DNA of 64,000 nt, from the NCBI RefSeq assembly GCF_009914755.1, contig NC_060936.1; one strand, written 5' to 3'. Within the stretch, counting starts at the first letter, position 1; each line of letters begins with the position of its first letter. The position numbers and the translations under genes were made by a program. The notes under the pieces were generated by a model. The model made no database searches. It worked only from the letters and a program-made list of their open reading frames with translations, and was not told where the DNA came from. The stretch is from the human T2T-CHM13v2.0 reference genome, Homo sapiens. Below are positions 54,560-64,000 of the stretch, piece by piece.

Positions 54560-55005
54560 GTGAGTGGTTGATAGTTTTTTTTCCATGTCCCCCACATTTA
54601 CTATTAATGTTGATATGAGATCTAGGCTTTGCTGGCAAAGAACATTTTAAGAGGAGATGGACTTTGTTATTGCAGATTTAGCCTCATGCTATATTCCTAC
54701 CTTCTCATTCAAAACAGTCCTATTAGACGGGCTGTGCATTATATTTTCCTTTAGTAATTTTAATAGGATTTTAACAGGGATGGCATTACACAGTTGTTTT
54801 TTTTCAAGTTCAGTGTGGAGTTTAAATGAGATCTCATCAGGAAAGCATCTAGCTCCTTGCCTTATGCATACTTTATAATACAACATTTGCTTCTTTTCAT
54901 TCTAAATGATAACGTATTGCTCATTGAGCATGTCATTTTGAAGTTTTAGAAGTTTACATTTTGGCCTCAAAAGTCTTGCTTTCTGGAAGATATGGATGTA
55001 CACTA

Positions 55006-55133
55006 GCCTGTAAATGCCAAATATTGAGGCCAAGGATAAGCTGTAAAGGGTGCAAAGGATGGCTGTCTCATTTCGTTTAGCCTTGGCCTTAATCAGTCTA
55101 GAATGAGGCTACATAACAACTCTGTCACACTCT
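55006..55133 (+). repeat. Direct repeat A' (partner 53785-53912)
   Basis: gcctgtaaatgccaaat ... ctgtcacactct. Confidence 0.95.
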
Positions 55134-56055
55134 GCTCTGTCATTAGTAGTGATCATGTGTTTAGTGAGGCAAAGTATATAGCTGGTTTGATATTGTGTAA
55201 GATGTGCTTATTTCTACCAGATTTGCAGTTGGAATTTCTTTTAGGGAGCCAAAAAGCATTTACTTTGGCTGATCCCTTGGGGGGAAAATGTGGTTTTTTG
55301 ATCACTGTTGGCTTTGATGTATTAATGACTATCAAGTAGTAAACTTAAAAGTGGACAGAAATTAAATATAAGGAAATAAAACCAATATACTAGTAGAATA
55401 TTTAATTCCTTCTCCCAGTTTCCAGCTAATAAAAATAAATCAGTGACAGGCTGCAAGTGTAGAAGAATGGAAATAATAAAATAATGGAGATACTCAAATA
55501 ACCACAAATCCATTTTTTACTTTATGTTATTGTGTGTCTATGTTTACAAACCTAGGGTTGCAGTGCATTATCTTCCCAGCATTAATGCGGGATGGTACAA
55601 CTCCTGATTTTGTTTCACAATGCAGCTGTAATGCCATGTTAAAATAGTAGTCAACTAATTTAAGTTTGCTGCAGAATTTATTTTTATTTTTATAGGTTTT
55701 CCTATATGAAGTACTTCAGGATTTTCTCATGCCTAGTATTTTTGGGTACCTCAACTGTCCATGAATGTCGTTCCATGGTGATTTTCCCTGAGTGCTAAAA
55801 GGCTGCCTGTCATTGCATGTTATAAAATAGGAGGTTTTTTTTTCCCACTATCTGCTGTCTGCATTTCATTTGCCTCATACTGATTCTACTTACTGCATCT
55901 TCTAAACTTGTTTCCTATAATATTATAGAGAATATTTTATATATATATATATATATATAGGTTTGTCACAATCCATTTCTTTAAACAGTATCATTGCTCC
56001 TTTTGAACTGCAATTTCACTATTTTATTAATTTTAAAAGTTGGCCCCCTTATTAA

Positions 56056-56561
<506 letters not shown>

Positions 56562-56600
56562 TGATAACAAATGTCTTTAAATGCATGTGTAAAAACCAAT

Positions 56601-56729
56601 TCTTCTTAGAACCCTTGGATTGTTTTAAGTATTTTGGCATACATACATTATAAGAAGTATTTTATTTTCTAAAGGAGGAATGACTGTATAATTAAATATA
56701 ATTTTATGAAACATAATGTTAGGTATTTT
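56601..56729 (+). repeat. Direct repeat B' (partner 53910-54040)
   Basis: tcttcttagaacccttgg ... aatgttaggtatttt. Confidence 0.95.
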
Positions 56730-57138
56730 ATGAAATTTTATAAGTTTCAATATTTTCTCCTACTTTGGAGTTGGTAATAGAAAGAACTCAAAATGAGGTT
56801 CCAAAAAGGAGTAGTAGTTAGGGCAAAATAATCTACAAACAGATGAGAAGGCCATAATTGAGTGCGTGAGATTCTTTGCTCACTGTGCTCAGATTATAAA
56901 ACATGAAAATTTAAGAGAATCTTAATGATTTTCTTTTAGAGGGATCTATTTCAAAGGATTGAATTTTAGAACTGGAACTGTAAAGTTCTGTTAAAATTAT
57001 GTAATATAACCTGTCTGTTGAACAAATAAGATTGAAGCCTAGAGAAATGAAGTTGACTTGCTCAAGTTAATTACAGGTAAGTTCTGGATTCCTTGATTAC
57101 TGTCATGCTTTTTCTTCCATAAAATATATTCTGAGTTC

Positions 57139-57443
<305 letters not shown>

Positions 57444-57451
57444 CCATATAA

Positions 57452-57466
57452 ATATATATATATATA

Positions 57467-57508
<42 letters not shown>

Positions 57509-57577
57509 TGTGTATATATATATGTGTATGTGTATATATATATATGTGTGTGTATATATATATATATGTATATATAT
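57452..57577. repeat. (TA)n/(TG)n compound microsatellite after Alu tail
   Basis: Direct reading. Confidence 0.95.
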
Positions 57578-57749
57578 CCTGGTTTGGGGTTTTTGTGGTT
57601 TTATTTTTGGGGGTTTGCTTTTTTTTTCCCCAAAATATTGGCAAATAGAGACATAGGTAGATATTTTCAATCAGTAGGCCCTGCTGTGCACAGTTTTAGA
57701 ACTCAAATTCATGTCATGACTTAGCTTAAAGTTCATAGAGAATGTTTTT

Positions 57750-58300
57750 TGATAATTTTAATATTTATACAGTGTATCTACTAGGTGCAACCACACTGTT
57801 CTGTGTTCAGAAAGTAATACTGTATAGGAAATAAACAGGATGTCATCTTTAGAAGGTGATGAGGTAGGAAGTTGGATACTCCTTGAAACAAGGTAGTCAG
57901 ATAAAGCATCTTTGAGAATATGATATTTGAAATCTCTATGTTAATCCAACTATTAAAGGGCTACGTTCATACAGAAGAAAGAGAAAGTTCAAAGGTCCAA
58001 GACAATATTAAGCTTGTGTTCACAGCAGAGAAAAAAAAACCTAATGTGACTGGATCCCATCGAACTAGGTAGGAAAATGGGAGGAAGGGAGGCCACAGAG
58101 GAACCAGAAGTAGAGCCCATAGGGACTTGGAGACTGAGATAAGGAGTTTTGCATTGTATTCTGAGTGTACCGGAAGGGACCATGTGGAGAAGACAGGACT
58201 AGAGAAAGGTCAGAATAGAACAAGGGAAACTCTGTAGATAGTTGTTGCAATGTTTTCATCAAGAGATGATGGTGGTTTGGACTTGGAAGTAGTTGTGGGA
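57750..58300 (-). mobile_element. L2 relic
   Basis: Purine-rich reverse L2 phrases (taaggagttttgcattgtattctgagtg, caagagatgatggtggtttggact). Confidence 0.65.
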
Positions 58301-60089
58301 ATGTAAATATTTATACTGAAATTGTTTGTTTACTTCCTTTAGAAGATTCTAACATAAGAGTAGGGATGGTGTGTTTTCCATTTTTGTATCATCAATATAT
58401 CTACTATATTGCTGTTTACACAGTAATGTGCAATGTATATTGAGCTCAGTTAGGAATATCCTCCATTCTAGAATTGGATCTGGATTACAAAATTGCCTGA
58501 AAAGATGTTCTATTTGAATTTTTATTTCTTGTTTAAGAAAATACGTACTATGATTCTCGTATCAGTTCCTTGCCAACTTGCTGGTTATAGATATTCTTAG
58601 ATTGTTATGCCAACAGATTGAATGAATAATAACACTTCCTCAACTTAAAAATAAATGTTTAAATGAAATATATGTGTTTTGAGTCTTTTTAAAATGCTTT
58701 TGCAAATGCCAATGAAAGTGCCAGAGTGAGTGAGTTTTGTATGGGAAATCCACTCTCTTGTGTGATTTTGTGGTTCTGATTTGCTTGTTAGTGAACTTCC
58801 AAGTGACTTGGAAAATACCATCCAGTTGGGATTAGACAGAAGGAATTATATTAATTTATACTTGCAGCAATGGTGATTAGAAGGCAATATTTTAAAATGC
58901 TATCAGTTACTTGTGTTTTTGTATCCACTAGTTTTGTTCGGGGGAAGAGATTGCATTGCATATTGCCTTTTTAAAATTTTTTTCAGATTGGCTTGCAAGA
59001 AAGAAAGCAAGCTAGGCAGGTTTATACAGTTAGTTCAGTCAGTTGGTTAAAGGTTGTGCTGTGTGGTACCTATAGTCTCTGGGATTCAGATTTCTTATCT
59101 GAAAAGTGAAAGATTGACATGGACTCCAAAAATGTTTTCTAGTACTCCGATTTCTTGTTGTTTGTAACATATACCCAATTTCTCACAGCTCTTTTATCAA
59201 AATTTTAAGGAATGCGTAGAAAATAGGTTTCAAGCTATGGTATAAGTAATAATACAACATTGTGTATTTGTATGTTGTCAAGTATTCCATGTCCATGTGA
59301 AGCAAATTATATAAAGTCTTTATTGAATTGAGTTTATAAATCTCAAAGGTGAGGATTTGGTGCCTTGGTGTCTCATGTGGGCCTGTAATTCAAGGGATTC
59401 TCTGTGAATTCCCCTGTACTCTCCAAAAGAATGAAGGTCAAGACGAGAAGTCTCTTTAAAAATGACTAGAAAAACCATTGTTTCAGATAGAATACATTAT
59501 AAACCTTTAGTGTAGGTGCATAGTAGTAAATTTGGTGTCAATTGAAACAATTTAAATCAATGAACATTTGTTATGAGGTACCTACTGTATATAAATTTTG
59601 GCACATGGGGAATTCATGAAATATTGAGGACTGATGTGTGAAAAGTTAGAAGGGAGGAGATTGTAATGCTACTGAAGAAAAATACTCTTATATACAACTC
59701 GAACAGTTTCTTCTTTTCCTGTCTTCCTATTAACAGTGAGTTTCTAAAAAGCTATGGCCCCATTATATTTGTTATTGATAATGGTGACATAATTCATTTC
59801 CAAGGGTTCAGCTGTGTAGTGATGAGTCCTAAGCCTCTTACTTTTAGCCTCCTGCTCAGTATTTATCCAGCACTATGCTAGATATAGGGACACAGTAGAG
59901 AATAAGACCAGCTCTAGCAAATCTTACAAACTGGGAAGGAGACACAAATTGTAAAAATAGTAGTTTAATTAGTTTAAAAAATCCATCTTTCTTGCTTGTG
60001 AGCTCATAGAAAAGTATAGATTTTTTAAAATTATAATTATCTGTATTATTATTATTTGGCTCTATTATCAGTTTTAGAATGCTACTACT

Positions 60090-60350
60090 GTACATTTATT
60101 AAGCACTTTGCCATCTATCTTATGTTTTCTTGTCCCCGAGTCTTTTTTTTTTTTTTTTTGCTTCATCATCCAACCCCTGTGAGGTAGGAATAGATCCTAA
60201 TTACATTTGACTGAGAAAATGGAAGTTCAGAATTTTTAAGTGACTTCCTATTTCAGAAATGTTCAATGTGTTTAGTGGAGGAAGAACTTGAAAAGCCCAG
60301 CTCTTTCAACTTTTAAATCCGGAACTTTCTACTGTTATTATTATACTCTG
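60090..60350 (-). mobile_element. MIR
   Basis: catttattaagcactt ... caacccctgtgaggtagg ... taagtgacttcc. Confidence 0.6.
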
Positions 60351-60366
60351 TTTTTCTCTAGGATGG

Positions 60367-60804
60367 TGTCCTAGTCCATTTTGTGTTGCTATAACAGAAT
60401 ACCTGAGACTGGGTAATTTATAAAGAAAAGAGGTTTATTTATGTCTGCAGGCTGGAAAATTCAAGGGCATTGCCTTTGCTTCTGGTGAGGGCTTTTTTCT
60501 ACCTCATAACTTGGTGGAAGAAGGTCAAAGGGGAACAAGAGACATAAGAAGAGAGAGAACCCAAGGGGCATCCAGGCTTTATAAGAACTCACTCTCATGG
60601 GAACTAATCCATAGTCATAAGAACTAATCCAGTCTCACCAGAGAACTCACTACCACTATAAGGGCACCAAGCCATTCAGGAGGGGTCCACCCTCATGACC
60701 CAGACACCTTCCTATAGGCCCCACCTACCATCATCACCATATTGAGGATCAAATTTCAACATGAGCTTTGGTAGGAACAGGCAAACCATATCCAAACCGT
60801 AGCA
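60367..60804 (-). mobile_element. MST-like (MaLR) solo LTR
   Basis: tgtcctagtccattttgtgttgctataacagaatacctgagactggg ... caaaccgtagca; 5-bp TSD gatgg / gatag. Confidence 0.88.
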
Positions 60805-61670
60805 GATAGTTCATATATTATTTGTTTCACTTTTAAAAGTAGGCTCTGGAGGACAGTGTTAAAATAATAGGTTTGGTCTTTCAACACTGAGCACTGAAAG
60901 TAGAGGCTTGAAATATGTAATGAGTTGAATTGGTGAGTGGCCTGTATTATTTTTTATTATTCATAACTAAAGCTACTTAGAAGATGGTAATGGACTGAGG
61001 CTATGTTTTATCCTTTCATTTTTAGTCACTTTAAAAACAGCCAGAGGAATTTTTTAATTACATAATGAACCAAATAATATTGCCTTAATTAAAAATGAGA
61101 ATAGATTTTGAGTCTTTGCAAAATTACATTGAGATTACAATTACGTTTAATACTTAAGACCAAACCATGTTTTTTAAAAAAATCAATGTTTAGTGTCCCT
61201 TTAATGCTCTAAGAAGAGCATCAGCAATACACAGATATGTAATTAAATTAAGGTTTTCCTAAAGGTTGTTCCAAACTATTTCATTTCTCACTTGTGATTT
61301 TTTTATTTCTAAATCCCCATTATTAAAATGTATCTAATAAATTAATACAATTTAATCTTCATACCTTCGTGTATTTTACATAAGATACTTTCCAAAGGCT
61401 TTTATAATTGAAACTTTCCCATAACTAAAATGGGAACAGGAAATGGTTTTAGCTTAAAAGCAAAGAATTAAGGAAAAATTAAAGCACTAATATGTTTCTG
61501 AAAAGTAATATGATAAAAAGACAATAAACCGTTAAAGAATAATTTCTTTAAAGGCGAAAAATAAAAGATCAATCTACTTGAGAGATGAGAAACTATACAA
61601 CTACAAGGAAAATAGAATATAAAGAACAAGAGATAGGAACAAATGATACAACCGGTTTTAAAAGTTAGGT

Positions 61671-61980
61671 AACCATCATTCTCAGCAAACTATCGCAAGG
61701 ACAAAAAACCAAACACCACATGTTCTCACTCATAGGTAGGAATTGAACAATGAGAACACATGGACACAGGAAGGGGAACATCACACACCGGGACCTGCTG
61801 TGGGGTGGGGGGAGGGGGGAGGGATAGCATTAGGAGATATACCTAATGTTAAATGACGAGTTAATGGGTGCAGCACACCAACATGGCACATGTATACGTA
61901 TGTAACTAACCTGCACGTTGTGCACATGTACCCTAAAACTTAAAGTATAATAAAAATATATATATATACTCAAAAAAAAA
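61671..61980 (+). mobile_element. Young 5'-truncated L1PA (PA3/PA4-like) 3' end inside an old L1ME-like relic (~61400-62470)
   Basis: Near-consensus 3' UTR and AATAAA; TSD aaaagttaggtaa at 61660-61672 and 61977-61989. Confidence 0.95.
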
Positions 61981-62591
61981 GTTAGGTAAACATACAATCT
62001 CATTGGAAATCAAGGGAATTAAAATATAAATTATAACGAATTCCCTCAAGCTGCTCTAACACATATTCTCAATAATTCTCTCTTGATAATTTATCTTAAG
62101 GAAATAAAGTTTTTTTAATGTTTAAGATTATCAGCAAAGATAGTAATTGAGCCTTGACTTTGCTATTTGTTACAGGTAAAATGGGAAAGCATATATCTGA
62201 AATATCTGATCTAAATATCTGAAAAAGGGAGATAGCTCAATCAAGTGGGATTATTTCCATTTGATGAAATCTTATAAATCCAAAATTAAGGTTATGAAAG
62301 ATACATAATAATGAGACAACTGCCTATGTTATTATGTTAGGTGAAAAAAATAAAAATTATACATGGAGTATGAATAAATTCTACAAAATAACTATGTCAT
62401 TAGAAAGCAAAACAAACTTTTTAAAATATCAGAATGTTTAGAATGGATGTATTAGCTTTTTAGACATGCACCCTTTTGTTTTCCTTTGTTCGGAAGGCTT
62501 AATGTTTTCTATTTTAAATTTTCTATAATGAGCACGTTACTTTTATGAAGGACAAATACTTTAATAAAATATGAAAGAACAAGCACCTTGG

Positions 62592-62896
<305 letters not shown>

Positions 62897-63159
62897 AAGA
62901 ACAAGCATCTTAATCTATTGTTCAAGTAGATAGCAGGATAATTATGGTAACCAACCAATTATCCATAATTATTGAATAGAACTCAACATGTAAACTTTCA
63001 AGACATAAAACTTAAGAAAGGAATAAAGTAGAGAAAGATCACTTGCATGGAGTCTATTACATATAATATTTCCATTATGAAATATTCAAATATGATATTT
63101 GATGAATATATTATATATTTGACAAATATATATTATATATTTGATGAATTCATAATATA

Positions 63160-63340
63160 ATAGTACATTTACTGAGTACTTTTGTGGCCTGAGAAATTCA
63201 CATATAGCATCTCATTTAATTCCCACAGTGAGATGGGGAGGGTACATGATTATGTTTATTTTACAGATGAGGAGAGTGACGTCATCAAGCAGTGACTTTG
63301 GAGTTTATTACCCAAGGTTTCAATGCCAGTTAATAGTAGA
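63160..63340 (-). mobile_element. MIR
   Basis: catttactgagtact ... atctcatttaattcccaca ... attttacagatgagga. Confidence 0.7.
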
Positions 63341-63699
63341 TAAATTCTTTACAGGGCCATTTGTGCTATACTGCAATGTTATCATCTCTTATGTCAACGT
63401 ATAGAATTATAAGACCATGCTAAGATGGTATGATGACATTCTATGGTGATGTCATTTCTCACCCACAAAGTTTTATTATAGCTCTTCCAAAAAACGAGAA
63501 AGAAATGAAACTGTGTTGTAAAGTATACTATAGGATTGCAAAATGCTTCACAATATTAGGATGATTAAATCAATTCAAGTAATATGGTGTGTCCTTACTC
63601 CAGAGTTATGAAAATTTGCAGAAAATAAAGAGCTTGGCATCATGCTGGGCACATATGTGCTCATTAATGCTAGTGCTGTTATGACTGAAGCTCAGTGTT

Positions 63700-63900
63700 T
63701 AACAATTACATTCCTGACCAAGCACTGGGCACTTTTCTGCATATTTTTGTCAGTTCCTGAGTCCTGTGCAGAAATAACATTACCCCTATTTTACGGATAT
63801 AAGATTTAAGGTTCCAATAGTTTAAGTGGCACATTGAAGTCCCTATGACTAGTAAGTTGGCAGAGCAAGAATTTGAGCCTCTTCTGACACCCCAGCTCAC
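63700..63900 (-). mobile_element. MIR
   Basis: cctattttacggat ... ctagtaagttggcagagcaagaatttgagcc. Confidence 0.6.
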
Positions 63901-64000
63901 AATATCCTTGTTCTTTCAAAGATATGCTCTTACTAAATGTGAGCCTTGTGGGTCTCCAGTGGTGACACAGACCCAGAGCCAGATTGCTGATATTATGGAG

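Noticed and set aside
63277-63284. Perfect CRE palindrome TGACGTCA
   Set aside because: Single 8-mer inside a MIR; about one is expected by chance in a window this size

Overview
Primate (most likely human) genomic DNA, AT-rich and repeat-dense, lying inside the TMTC2 gene (ER protein O-mannosyltransferase with C-terminal TPR repeats), transcribed on the + strand. Only two coding exons are visible: 9376-9497 (122 nt) and 54478-54559 (82 nt), probably exons 8 and 9 (numbering from memory), separated by a ~45 kb GT-AG intron. The rest is intronic: about 15 Alus, nested L1s of several ages, L2/MIR relics, LTRs (THE1, MER39-like, MER21-like, MST-like, one unassigned), DNA transposons (Tigger2a-, MADE1, MER1-, MER6-, MER30-like) and microsatellites. 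No ORF in the supplied track is a real gene. I see no new multi-gene system. The most unusual signals are template-switch scars: a two-piece templated insertion upstream of the second exon, an inverted 55-bp filler at a THE1/L1 deletion junction, a hairpin 39-mer array at an L1 5' junction, and an Alu with three internal duplications inside one TSD. The two exons also encode exactly two TPR units in a phase-symmetric block. Repeat subfamilies were assigned by eye and the boundaries of old repeats are approximate.
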